The translations under genes were made by a program, and so were the position numbers. A stretch of 64,000 bases of DNA from an uncultured Chloroflexia bacterium (lineage in GTDB: Bacteria > Chloroflexota > Limnocylindria > Limnocylindrales > CSP1-4), in assembly GCA_963832105.1 (NCBI GenBank), contig CAWHSS010000003.1:984131-1048130 (forward strand). Reading direction: 5' to 3'. Every line of letters starts with the position of its first letter. Position 1 is the stretch's first letter. Positions 38,311-48,124 of this stretch are shown here, one piece after another. Below the pieces are notes generated by a model. The model saw nothing but the letters and a program-made list of their open reading frames with translations, did no database searches and had not been told where the DNA came from.

Positions 38311-39326
38311 CTAGTCGATCAGCTTGATTACGTACAGACCGTGGAAGAAGCCGGCGCACGCCGAGTCGCTAATTGCACAGACGCTTTCGGCGGACGCGCT
38401 CCGGGAGATTCCGGTCAGGAAGTAACCGGTGATCGTCCCGTCCTCTCCACCGCCGTTCTTTTCGGCGCTGACGACGTGGAAGAGCGCCCAACCGCGGAAG
38501 CAGCCAACCGTATTCGTGCCGTCGCTGACGCCCGCCGCGTTGTAGCAATAAGTCTCACCGTCAATGGGCGGGCCGACGATTGGGACGGCAACGTCCAGGC
38601 CGGCCAGCGTGGTGTTGATGCTGGGCTGGCTCCCGAGTTTGAGTCGAACAACGTATTGTGGACGCCGTTGTTGTGCTGACCTACGTACTGGTTCAACAGG
38701 AGGTTGGCGTTGATTGGAGCGCTCCCATCGAGGGCGTCCTTGACGTCGTTCGATGAAACGTTGCCAGTGCCGAGGTTGGTCCACGCCATGTTGCTGACAG
38801 TGATTGGGGCATCGCTGCCGGATCCAGTCGTCTTGGTGAAGTCATAGGGGACGGTGAAGTCGATGAACGGTAGCCCCGTGATCGGGTCGAAGGCTTCCTG
38901 ACTGAGGATGAACGGAGCAACGCCCATGAATCGCGTCGGGATGCCGGTCAACGCCGTCGCGGTGACGCTGACATCCCACGATGCCTGACCGACGACGCCA
39001 GCGAAGTAGTTCTCGTGGGGGGCAGTGATGTTGACCTGAACCGTCGTCGGCGCCACGGTAACGGTGACCGTAACGCCGTCTTGACCGTCCTTGAAGTTGT
39101 TCTCCTCGGACGATGCCAGCGCCGCTGCCGTCGCATCCTGGCCATTGAGCAATGCGTTTGCGCCAGCTAGCGCCGCAAGATCGGCGGCATTCTGCTCCGC
39201 GCGACGCTGCGCGAACGCGAACCCGCCATCAATGACAAGTCCGACGGCCGCCACGATCGCCACGATCGCCAGCAGGAAGACGATCAGGATCTGCCCTCGA
39301 GGGTCTCGCCTACTGGATCTGCGCAC
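38311..39326 (-). pseudogene. TadG-like pseudopilin, copy 2, one frame break near 38640
   Basis: RGQILIVFLLAIVAIVAAVGLVIDGGFAFAQRRAEQNAADLAALAGA ... GVHNTLFDS | LGSQPSINTTLAGLDVAVPIVGPP...GLYVIKLID. The C-terminus parallels copy 1 (..GVYVLHLVD). GTG 39326 is preceded by GGAGGG. Confidence 0.75.
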
Positions 39327-39750
39327 TACTCTGTCCCTCCATCGTCCATGTGCCCGCAAGGCCGAGGAGCGGCGTGATGGGCTCATAATCCGCCCGCACC
39401 GTCACCCTCACGGAGTGTTGGCTAAAGTCACAGGGCTGTGACGGGGGCACTGGTGCCCCGGTCTCGTCAACGCACGTAATGTCCCCTGGGTCGATCGTCA
39501 GGCCCGGGATCAGGGCCTTTTGGATTGCGATCACATCCTGTGTCTCCGTGCTCGAACCTGGCGAACAGGGCGGATCGCCGGCGCACGGATGAACGCTTGT
39601 TACGCGGGCGATTTCGCGAGCCGCCTGCGACACTCCGTTGAACTTGTAAATGGCCATGCCGAAGTCGACGACGCCCATCATGATCACCAGGAAGACGATG
39701 ATCACGAGCGAAAACTCGACGAGGCTTTGGCCGCGCTCTCCCGATCGCAT
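39310..39750 (-). CDS. TadE-like pseudopilin, copy 2
   Basis: ERGQSLVEFSLVIIVFLVIMMGVVDFGMAIYKFNGVSQAAREIAR. The C-terminal ..ITCVDE...VRADYEPITPL parallels copy 1. TGATG junction with the upstream gene. Confidence 0.8.
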   Translation of the reverse strand: MRSGERGQSLVEFSLVIIVFLVIMMGVVDFGMAIYKFNGVSQAAREIARVTSVHPCAGDPPCSPGSSTETQDVIAIQKALIPGLTIDPGDITCVDETGAPVPPSQPCDFSQHSVRVTVRADYEPITPLLGLAGTWTMEGQSSAQIQ

Positions 39751-40751
39751 CAGGGTGCCGTCACCGTCTGGGTCGTCGCGACCGTGCACGCGCCCTTCGT
39801 TGCCGTCAAGGTCACTGAATGCGGACCGGAGGATGGGAAGTTGACTTGGCGGTTCTGGCCAGAGTCCGTGATCGCACCGGTCCACGCCCACGACCAACCA
39901 CCGGAGCTGGGAGTGACGGTCCCGTTCAGACGCATTCGGTGGGGATTCCCGGGGTTTGATGTGTCGGTGGCCGTGAAGGCGACGGTCGGACAAACAGGGC
40001 CACCACCAGACCCGACGGTGATGGTCTTTGAGTCCGTGTCGGTTTGACCGCGACTGTCTGTGACGGTCAACGTGATCGTGTAGGTGCCAGCCACCGTGTA
40101 GTCCTTGGATGCCAGGACGCCCGACGCCCCAAAGCTCCATGAATAACTCGCGATCGTGGCACCACCAGTCGCGCTGGACGCACTGGCGTCAACGTTTACG
40201 GTCAGCGGTGCCGGGCCGCTCATCGGGTTGGCGGTGAACGCCGCGGTTGGGGCAGGCAGCGACGGATAGGTGACGGCCGGGACAACGAGACACTGAGCCT
40301 CCGCCGTCGACTTAAGGACCAGGTTGGCTCCGATGATGTCGCCGATGATCGGCGTGATCACATCGAACGGTGCTTCGACAGAGACAGCGACGTTTGGCGG
40401 GGAGCCGGTGGGCGGGTACTGCGCGTTCTTGTCACATACCGCCGGCGACAAGTCCACCCTCGTCCCGTCTACCTCGACAAAACCGCCCTCTGCTTCGGTC
40501 AGCACCCCGCACATCACGGAATTTGCAGCGTTACATGGTTGGCCGCTTTGGAACGTTCCGCCTTGCGAAGCCACCAGGGCCCCCTCTTTGGCGGCGTTTG
40601 TAATGGTGATCTGGGAGTACATCAGCCGCCCCAAGTCGATCGCGGTCAACAGCAGCAGCAACAGGACGGGAAGGATCAGGGCGAACTCTGCGAGGCTCTG
40701 GCCGCGGGACTTGTGACGCGCTCGGTCGCGGCGGAGTCTGGGGGTCGTCAT
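39750..40751 (-). CDS. TadE-like pseudopilin fused to two PKD/Ig-like domains
   Basis: SRGQSLAEFALILPVLLLLLLTAIDLGRLMYSQITITNAAKEG. Then AAFTANPMSGPAPLTVNVDASAS..YSWSFG..YTVAGTYTITLTVTDSRGQT and a second Ig-like repeat ..VAFTATD..GPHSVTLTATKG. Start at MTTPRLRR. Confidence 0.8.
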   Translation of the reverse strand: MTTPRLRRDRARHKSRGQSLAEFALILPVLLLLLLTAIDLGRLMYSQITITNAAKEGALVASQGGTFQSGQPCNAANSVMCGVLTEAEGGFVEVDGTRVDLSPAVCDKNAQYPPTGSPPNVAVSVEAPFDVITPIIGDIIGANLVLKSTAEAQCLVVPAVTYPSLPAPTAAFTANPMSGPAPLTVNVDASASSATGGATIASYSWSFGASGVLASKDYTVAGTYTITLTVTDSRGQTDTDSKTITVGSGGGPVCPTVAFTATDTSNPGNPHRMRLNGTVTPSSGGWSWAWTGAITDSGQNRQVNFPSSGPHSVTLTATKGACTVATTQTVTAP

Positions 40752-40935
40752 GTGTGGCATTTCCCCGGCGGTAGTGACGGCGTGGGCTAGGAAGGAAGTA
40801 CCGGCATCTTGGGGTAGCCACCTTACAAGCGACCTTTCGCCGGTGCGCGGACACGCCGCCATCTCGACGAGACACAGGACCCGGCTGAACGAACAGGCCA
40901 TGGTGTTTCCGCGGTCCTGGCCGCAACGTGGCGGC

Positions 40936-41136
40936 ATGAAGAAGCGAGCCCTCTCCGCCGTCCTCTGGTTCTACTGCGGCTGGTATGCAGGAGCGATGAT
41001 CGCCCACGCGCTCGACGTGTCGATCGCCATCGGGCCGATCCTCGGGGTCGCGCTTGCGGCGCTCATCGCCGGTGACCCGCGCGGGATCATTTGGACCCGC
41101 ACCCCTTCGAAGAAGCTTCGACCCGAGCCCGCCTGA
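40936..41136 (+). CDS. Small two-TM membrane protein (hypothetical)
   Basis: MKKRALSAVLWFYCGWYAGAMIAHAL..IAIGPILGVALAALIAG; 66 aa, followed by a strong hairpin. Confidence 0.5.
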   Translation: MKKRALSAVLWFYCGWYAGAMIAHALDVSIAIGPILGVALAALIAGDPRGIIWTRTPSKKLRPEPA

Positions 41137-41183
41137 CCTTCAGCCAAACTGACCGGCGGCGCCCTCGCCGCCCGCAATACGCA

Positions 41184-41214
41184 GAAGCCGGATGCCCCAG
41201 TGGCATCCGGCTTC
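41184..41214. terminator. 13-bp hairpin between convergent genes
   Basis: GAAGCCGGATGCC-CCAGT-GGCATCCGGCTTC, followed by TTGCTG on the plus strand. Confidence 0.6.
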
Positions 41215-41231
41215 TTGCTGCTCCCTCCAGG

Positions 41232-42754
41232 TCAGCTCTCGTCGGGCGGCTCACCCGGCAGGTAAACGCTGAACGCGGCGCCCCGTCCGTGGGTACTGGG
41301 TTCGAGCACGAGATCGCCGTTCATCGCCCGACACAGCTCGCGCGAAACGTACAGACCGAGGCCACTGCCCTCATCTGACTCGCTGGCGCCCCGCTCGAAG
41401 CGCCCGAACAGGCGACCCCGGTCGGCTTCTGGGACGCCCGGCCCTTCGTCGCCGATCGTCAGTCGGAGCCGCTTGGTGGTCGACTCCGCGACCACGTCGA
41501 CGCTGATCGGCGATCGCTCGCCGTACTTCACCGCGTTGTCGAGGAGTGCCCAAAGGACCTGGTCGAGCTGATCCGGGTCGGCGATGGCAAGCCAGCCCAG
41601 CGACTCGTCGCGGACGCGCAATTCGATTCCCTCGACGGCCAGCGCCTCCCATGCCCGCTTCACGCGTGGAGCGAGCGAGACGACCTCGCTCTTCGGGTGG
41701 AGCGCGCCGGACTCGAGTCGGGTCACCGTCAGCAGCTGGCGGACCATCCGGCTGCAGCCGCTCCGACTGCTCGGCGATGATTCCCAGCCGGCGGTCCGGT
41801 CGGTCGGTCTGCATCTGGTGGGCGTAGGCGCGGATGCTGGTCAGTGGCGTCTGGAGGTTGTGGCTGACGCCGCGGAGGAAGTCGTCCTTGGCGGCATCGA
41901 GCTCGAGGAGCTGGGTGTTCTGGGCCTCGACCGTCGCGAACAGCTGCGCATTCCGGATTGCCACAGCGATCTCGCTCGCAAACAGCTCGAGCAGGTCCTG
42001 GTCGGCTCGCTCCCAGGCACGGGTCGCCGGCAGATGCCCGACGAGCACGCCCAGCTCCTCCTCGCCCGTCTGGAGAACCGCCCTGACGGGGAGCGACTCG
42101 CCCGGGATCCGCTCCTCCGCGGCGATCCGGGCCGGATCCACGAGGAGGATTCGGCAGTCGATCATCCCGAATGCCGAGCGCGCGTCGGTCGCCGCTCGAC
42201 CCGCGAGGAACTCGGGTCCATCGCGCGGCGAGGCGCTCTCGATCGCCTCCAGGATGCGACCCAGCTCCCGGTTTCGCCGCTCGAGCGTCGCGGCGAGGCG
42301 GTTGTGGCTGTCGGCCAGGCGGGCGAGCTCGTCTTCGCCCGGGACGACGATCGGCGTCGAGAGGTCGCCGGCCGAGACCCGGTCGACGGCCGCCGCGATC
42401 GCCCGGAGCGGTCCGATGAGGTCGGCCGCGAGAAGGTAGGCGAGGAGCACGCCGACGAGCGCGGCCGTGACGATCGTGAAGAGCAGGATCCGACCGAGCG
42501 TCTCCCCGCCCGACGCGGCGCTGCCCGAAATCAGGACGATGATCCCGAAGGCCGCCAGCGGGCAGGACCGCCGCTGCGATCAAGCCGACGGTCAGACGCG
42601 TGCGGAACGACAGGTTGAGCCCGAGACTGAATCCTTGTTCTTCGTCATAGCTCGGGCCTGAGCCGGCCGCGGAAGCGATCTCGGGATCCAGGCTCGCGGC
42701 CGTGAGCGGTTCGACCGCCTGCGGCCGATCCGGATCGACGGCGTCGTCAGCCAT
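41232..42754 (-). pseudogene. Sensor histidine kinase (TM-HAMP-GAF-HisKA-HATPase), 2 frame breaks
   Basis: ..FRTRLTVGLIAAAVL | PLAAFGIIVLISG..LIGPLRAIAAAVDRVSAGDL (HAMP)..GAF-like..DDFLRGVSHNLQTPLTSI (H-box)..SERL | MVRQLLTVTRLESG..LLDNAVKYG..GDEGPGV..GSGLGLYVSREL. Breaks near 42560 and 41750. Confidence 0.8.
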
Positions 42755-43487
42755 CGGCCGCCGACACGTCCGTCCCGACGAGCCGGTACCCGATCCCCCG
42801 AACCGTCTGGATGTGGACCGGCCGGTTCGGGTCGAGCTCGACCTTCTGGCGGAGACGCCGCATCGTCACCCAGACGTACGACGGGTCGGCGTCCTCGGTG
42901 TCGGCCCAGCCCCGCGCGAGAAGCGTTTCCGTCGTCACGGTCTTGCCGATGTTGGCGGCAAGGGCGTACAGCAACCGCGATTCGGTCGGCGTCAGCTGAA
43001 CGGTCGTCTGGCCGACGGTCGCCTCGCGGCGGTGAAGGTCGAGGGTCAGGTTCGGCCCGAGGGCGAGGCTCTGGCGGGGGACCTTGTCACCGAGCCGCCG
43101 AAGCACCCGGTTGATCCGGGCCCGGAGCTCCGGGTAGTGGTAGGGCTTGGTGACGTAGTCCTCGGCGACTTCCTCGAGGAGGTCCGCCTTGGAATCGCCG
43201 GCATCGATGGCGGACAGGACGATGATCGGGAGGTCGGCCTGGCCCTTGATCTCGCGGGCCAGCGTCAGGCCGTCCATCCGCGGCATCATCATGTCGATGA
43301 TCAGGAGGTCCGGCCAGGACGTGCGTAGCCGCTTAAGGGCTTCGTCGCCGTCGCGGGCGGTCTGGATCTCGAAGCCGTCGGCGCGAAGCTGGTCGGCTAG
43401 CAGGACGAGCTGGTTCGGATCGTCGTCGACGAGAAGGATCCGCGGCGCCGTCTCACCGCCGTAGCCCGTCGGAGCGCCGCTCAGCAT
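42747..43487 (-). CDS. OmpR/PhoB-family response regulator
   Basis: RILLVDDDPNQ..DLLIIDMMMPRMDG..KPY plus TPTESRLLYAL..VRGIGYRL. Start at MLSGAPTG. Overlaps the kinase start by 8 nt. Confidence 0.9.
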   Translation of the reverse strand: MLSGAPTGYGGETAPRILLVDDDPNQLVLLADQLRADGFEIQTARDGDEALKRLRTSWPDLLIIDMMMPRMDGLTLAREIKGQADLPIIVLSAIDAGDSKADLLEEVAEDYVTKPYHYPELRARINRVLRRLGDKVPRQSLALGPNLTLDLHRREATVGQTTVQLTPTESRLLYALAANIGKTVTTETLLARGWADTEDADPSYVWVTMRRLRQKVELDPNRPVHIQTVRGIGYRLVGTDVSAADG

Positions 43488-44082
43488 GGCCCCGAGTATA
43501 GGCAGTGGTACACGGGTTGCGGCTCGTAGCTCGGACAGTTCTTTCCGGCGGACGGATCGGCAGACCGGGGCAGGTACTCGTTCGGCGCATGACGGGCTGG
43601 GGCACATCCGGGTCGGCGAGCGTCCGTTGATCGTCGCCGCCGTCCTTGCGGTCGCGACGCTTGGCGCGGGCTGCGATGTTCGTGTGCTGCGACGGACTAC
43701 CGGCTGGAATCTCATGGGCCTTGAACGACAGCGGGAACGAGGTGCTGGTCAGCGCGAACGTCGCCCAGCCCCCAAGGACAATCGAGGTGCCCAGCCAACT
43801 CGTACTTGCCGGTAGCCTCCGGCCACGGAGGCGTGGCGGAAGGCTGGTCCGTGGCAGTTGTCGACGCGGCGTGCTCGGCCGATTCCAGACCGTGGCTGCT
43901 CAAAGCAGGCACGTTCGGTCCTCTTCTCTACATCTCGCCGCGAAGGCCGCAGCGGAATTAGCGCACCGGTCCACCGTGGACCGAGGGCCTCGGCACCGCG
44001 ACGGCGGCCCGGGAGCCGTCTCGAAGTCCTTGAGTGCCCACTGCCTTAGGCGGACGCGCGCGTCGCCCCGGTTGGGTGACAG

Positions 44083-44928
44083 CTACGGCGCCTTCGGGTT
44101 GACGAAGCGGCAGCGGTCACGGAGCGGACATCGCTCGTGCTCGGGGCGCTGAGCGTGGCAGATTTTCCGGCCGTGCTGGATGAGGTTGACGTGGGCCTCG
44201 TACATCTGGTCCGGCTGGAGCAGGCCGAGGAACAGGTCGTGGGCTTCGTCGATGGTCGCTTTCGCCGGCAGGAGACCGACGCGGCGGGCCACCCGCTCGA
44301 CGTGCCGGTCGATCGGGAACAGCGGCTGGCCGAAGCAGAAGAGGAGCACGATCGAGGCCGTCTTCTTGCCGATGCCGTCGATGTTCGTCAGCCACGTCCG
44401 GGCGTCGAGCGCGGACATGTCGGCAAGGAACTCGAGGGAGTAGTCGCCGCGCTCCTCGCGGATCGTCCGCAGCGTCGTCTGCAGGCGTGGCGCCTTCTGG
44501 TTGGCCAGGCCGCCGGGTCGGATGACGTTCGTCAACTCGGCGATCGGGGCGAACTCGACGGCCGCCCAGTCGGGCGGCGCCGCCTCGGACAGGCCGAACC
44601 CGCCCCAGCCACTGCCGGGCGAGTGCTTTTCCGGCGGGAGGGTGCTCGGATAAGCGCGGCGCAGGGCCTCGAACGCGACCTCGGCGTTCGTGTCGGCGCT
44701 GTTCTGGGTCAGGATCGTGAGGATCAGCTCCGACGTCGGGTCAAGGCGCCGCTGCCACTCCTCCCGGCCGTAGAGACCGGCGAGCTCGTCGAGCACGTAG
44801 CCGATGATCCCCGGCCGGTAACGCTCGAGTCTCTTCGCGTAGCTCCGGCCCGGGTCGGAGAAGCGGCGCTTCTTCGGCCGTGGCTTGCGGGCCGGCTTCG
44901 CTTGCGTTGCCGGCGTCTTCGGCGTCAC
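44083..44928 (-). CDS. Endonuclease III-like HhH-GPD DNA glycosylase family protein
   Basis: HhH LTNIDGIGKKTASIVLLF and Asp loop FPIDRHVERVARRVG. The cluster loop CHAQRPEHERCPLRDRC reads C-x6-H-x2-C-x5-C. Lys/Arg-rich N-terminal tail. Proposed GTG start at 44928 in a GTGA overlap with the reconstructed glxK stop. Confidence 0.8.
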   Translation of the reverse strand: MTPKTPATQAKPARKPRPKKRRFSDPGRSYAKRLERYRPGIIGYVLDELAGLYGREEWQRRLDPTSELILTILTQNSADTNAEVAFEALRRAYPSTLPPEKHSPGSGWGGFGLSEAAPPDWAAVEFAPIAELTNVIRPGGLANQKAPRLQTTLRTIREERGDYSLEFLADMSALDARTWLTNIDGIGKKTASIVLLFCFGQPLFPIDRHVERVARRVGLLPAKATIDEAHDLFLGLLQPDQMYEAHVNLIQHGRKICHAQRPEHERCPLRDRCRFVNPKAP

Positions 44929-46108
44929 GAGGCTGCCGCCAGACCGATCAGCCGGGCGATCCGCTCGCCGCACCGTCTCCACTGGAGCCGCGCCTGCGGC
45001 CATCGCCTCCTCGACGCTCTGGGGCCGCTCTGTCACGGGAACGACCACGACTCCGAGTGGCGCGAGGGCCGCGATGCCTTCCGGCGTGACCCCGCCACCC
45101 ACCGCGATGCACGGCACCCCCGCCTCGACGGCCCGTCGGGCGACCCCGAGCGCAGTCTTCCCGAACGCCGTTTGCTCGTCGATCCGACCTTCACCGGTGA
45201 CGACGAGGTCGGCGCGAGCGACCTTGCCCTTCGAAGTCAGCGGCAGCCATGACGACATCGATCCCAGGCACCAGTTCGAGCGAATCGGAACCGGTCACGC
45301 AGGCTGAGTAGGCCGAAGCCGGTTCCTCCGGCGGCCCCGGCTCCGGGCGTTTCTCGCTCCCGCTGTCCAGAGGCGTGATCTAGGGCATCTGCATAGACGC
45401 GCGAGGCGCTCGTCGAGCAGGTAAACCTCCTCGGGACTCGCGCCCTTCTGGGGACCGTAAGTGGCAGCGGCACCGCGTCGGACCGAGCAAGGGATTAGTC
45501 ACATCGCATGCGATCCGCAGATTGACCTGCGCGAGCCTCGCGCAGATCCGACAGGTCGATGGAAGCGATGGCATGCATCAAGATCGGCACCGGCGGCGTC
45601 GGAAGCTCAGTTACGAGCTCTCCCTCCGCGTCGCGCATCACGGCGCCGAGAGCGACGAGGATCCCGCAGCCCCCGTCGGTTGTCGCGCTACCGCCGATCC
45701 CCAACGTGATCCTCCGAACCCCGGCATCGAGCACAGCCCGGAGTAGCTCACCCGTACCGAATGTGGTGGCCAGCATTGGAGTGCGGTCTCGCCGGGTCGA
45801 GCCAGGGAGAGCCCCGAAGCCGATGCGAGTTCGACGATCGCATCGGTTCCGTCCCGCGAAATCAACCACGGAGCGGCGACGGGTCGGAAGTCCGGGCCGG
45901 ATACCTCGGCGGTCCGCCACTCCCAGCCGCCGGCCGCCTCGATCGCGACGAGCGTCCCCTCGCCACCGTCGGCGAGCGGGGAGAGGAGGAGCGTGTCGTC
46001 CGGGCGCGCGCGACGCCAGCCTTCGGCCAGGGCCCGCGCGACCTCGACCGAGGTCAGTGAGCCCTTGAACGAATCGGGCGCGAACAGGATCGTGAGTGGG
46101 CGCGGCAC
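44925..46108 (-). pseudogene. Glycerate kinase (GlxK/GarK family), about 7 frame breaks
   Basis: MPRPLTILFAPDSFKGSLTS..SPLADGGEGT.. | ..ATTFGTGELLRAVLDAGVRRITLGIGGSATTDGGCG.. | ..VNLRIACDVTNPLLGP | ..YGPQKGASPEE.. | RVYADAL..GAGAAGGTGFGLLSL | ..LELVPGIDVV.. | ..ADLVVTGEGRIDEQTAFGKT..VPCIAVGG.. | ..ERIARLIGLAAAS. Confidence 0.75.
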
Positions 46109-46121
46109 CGTCGAGGAACGC

Positions 46122-48124
46122 TCAGCGGCCCGCGGGCTCGGGCTCCGGCTCGGGCTCCGGCTCGGGCTCGAGCTCCGGCACCGGCGGCGGCGGCGCCGCC
46201 TCGGCGAGACCCGCCGCCCGGCGGCGTTCGAGGTATTCCGGGATCCGGATCATCGGCGGGCGCTCCTGGTCGGCCAGCTCGATGACCTCGAGGGCGAGCC
46301 TGCCCTTGCCGGAGCGCGGCAGCTTCATCGTCGAGCCGAGCTCCGCGAACAGGCGCGCCTTGCGCCGCTCCTCCAGCCGCTTCATCACGGCCTGGAGGAT
46401 GACGAACGACATCCGCGAGAGGCCTTCGAGCTCCTGGTTGCGGTGGATCCGGCGCTCCAGATCGACCTGGCCGAGGCCCTCGATCCCGACGCGGTCGGCG
46501 GCGTCGATGAGGTGGCCGATCTCGACCGCGTAGCCGGTGAAGAACGGGATCGACTCGAGAAGGGCTCGCCGGCCCGCGTACTCGCCCGCGAGCGGCTGGA
46601 TCATCCCCGACAGTTCCGGGTAGAAGAGGTTGATCAGCGGTCGCGCGACGAGCTCCGTGACCCGGCCCCCGCCGCCCTCCTTCATGACGCCGTCCTCGAC
46701 GATCGGGCGCTGGTAGTAGCCCTTGACGTACTGGAGGCGCGGCTCGTGGAGCAGGGGCCCGAGCGTCCCGTAGACCATCCGCGGGTGCCAGTTCCGGACG
46801 TCGGTGTCGGCCCAGACGATGATGTCGCCACTCGTCTCGTAGACGGACTTCCAGAGCGCCTCGCCCTTGCCGCGGAACGACCCGTAGCGCGACAGGATGT
46901 CCGGATGCTGGACCACGCGGGCGCCCTCGGCCTCGGCGATTTCGCGCGTCCGGTCGGTCGACATCGAGTCGATGACGAGGATCTCGTCGATCAGTGGCAC
47001 CCGACCCATCATCTCCCGCATCGCACGCCGCACGATCGGCCCGATCGTCTCCTCCTCGTCGAGCGTCGGCAGGACGAGCGAGACCGTGAGGCCCTGCTTC
47101 TCCTTGAGCTGCACGAGGCGGCGGAGGTCGGCGAACTCGGCGTGGTGGAAGTTGGCCTCACCGAACCAGCGCTCGACCCGGGCCGGGACGGCGCGCGCCT
47201 CCTCGGCGGCTCGGTCCGCGGCGGCCAGCGTCTCCGCGCGCGTGGCCAGTTGCTCGAACGTCTGGCGGCCGATCGTCTCGCGGGTCTTGACGACGACGAC
47301 GGTCGGTCGCGCCCGGGCTGCGATTGCCTCGGGCAGAGCGCCGAACAGGTACGCCTCGCCGTCGGCGCCCGCCGGCGTGGCCGACGCGCCCATGACGACA
47401 AGATCCGCCTTTTCCGCCTCGCGAAGGATCGCGTTTCGAACGTTCGCCGCCTCGCGGACGACTCCCTCGGCCTTGCCGCCGCGAAGGTGCTGGCGGAGGA
47501 ACTGGGAGAGGGCGTGTTCCGCCTGGGCGCGGACGGCGAGGGTGATGCCCGGGGGCACGAAATGGAGGACGCTGACCTGGGCGTCATGACGCCGCGCGAT
47601 CGCGTCGGCGTAGCGAACCGCAAGCTCCGCGTGGGGGCCGCCGCGGACCGGGACGATGATCCGCTTGATCTCCTTGGAGCCGCGCTGCTTGACGACTGCG
47701 ATGTCGGCCGGCGAGTCGCGGACGACCTCGTCGATCGTCGGCGAAAACACCGACGGACCGGTGCCGTCCCGCCCGGCGGGCGCCTTGCCGCCCCAGCCGA
47801 AGATGATGAGGTCGGCCTCCTGCTCGGCGGATGCCTCGATGATCCCCTCGGCGGCGTGACGCCCGATCCGGACGATCGGGTGGATCGCGGTGCCCTGCGG
47901 GAGCGAAGTCGAGGACCCGCTGGAGGAGGCGCCGGGCGTGACGCGCGCGGGTGGCACCTTCCGAGAGGGGCATTCCCTCCGGGCACTTCGACGATGCCGA
48001 GCGCCGTCAGCTCGCCGGCCCGCGGATCGAGCAGGTCCGCGCCGAGCCGGATCAACTCCTCCGCCGTCGCCGGATTGGCGACCGGGATGAGGATTCGGGC
48101 CGGCAGCGGGGCGCGGCCGGTCAT
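46122..48124 (-). pseudogene. gpgS: Two universal-stress-protein domains fused to glucosyl-3-phosphoglycerate synthase; 2 frame breaks in the first USP domain
   Basis: The C-terminal 330 aa align by eye to mycobacterial GpgS: SLVLPTLDEEETIG..VIDSMSTDRT..GKGEALWKS..DTDV..GGGRVTELVARPLINLFYPEL..QPLAGEYA..GYAVEIG..HRNQ. Upstream are two USP-like units (ILIPVANP..; IIVPVRGGPHAE..VVMGAS). Breaks near 47980 and 47900. Confidence 0.8.
46134..46172 (-). repeat. Hexanucleotide (GAGCCN) microsatellite encoding the (EP)n tail of GpgS
   Basis: ..PELEPEPEPEPEPEPAGR*. The plus strand reads gggctcgggctccggctcgggctccggctcgggctcgagctc. Confidence 0.7.
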
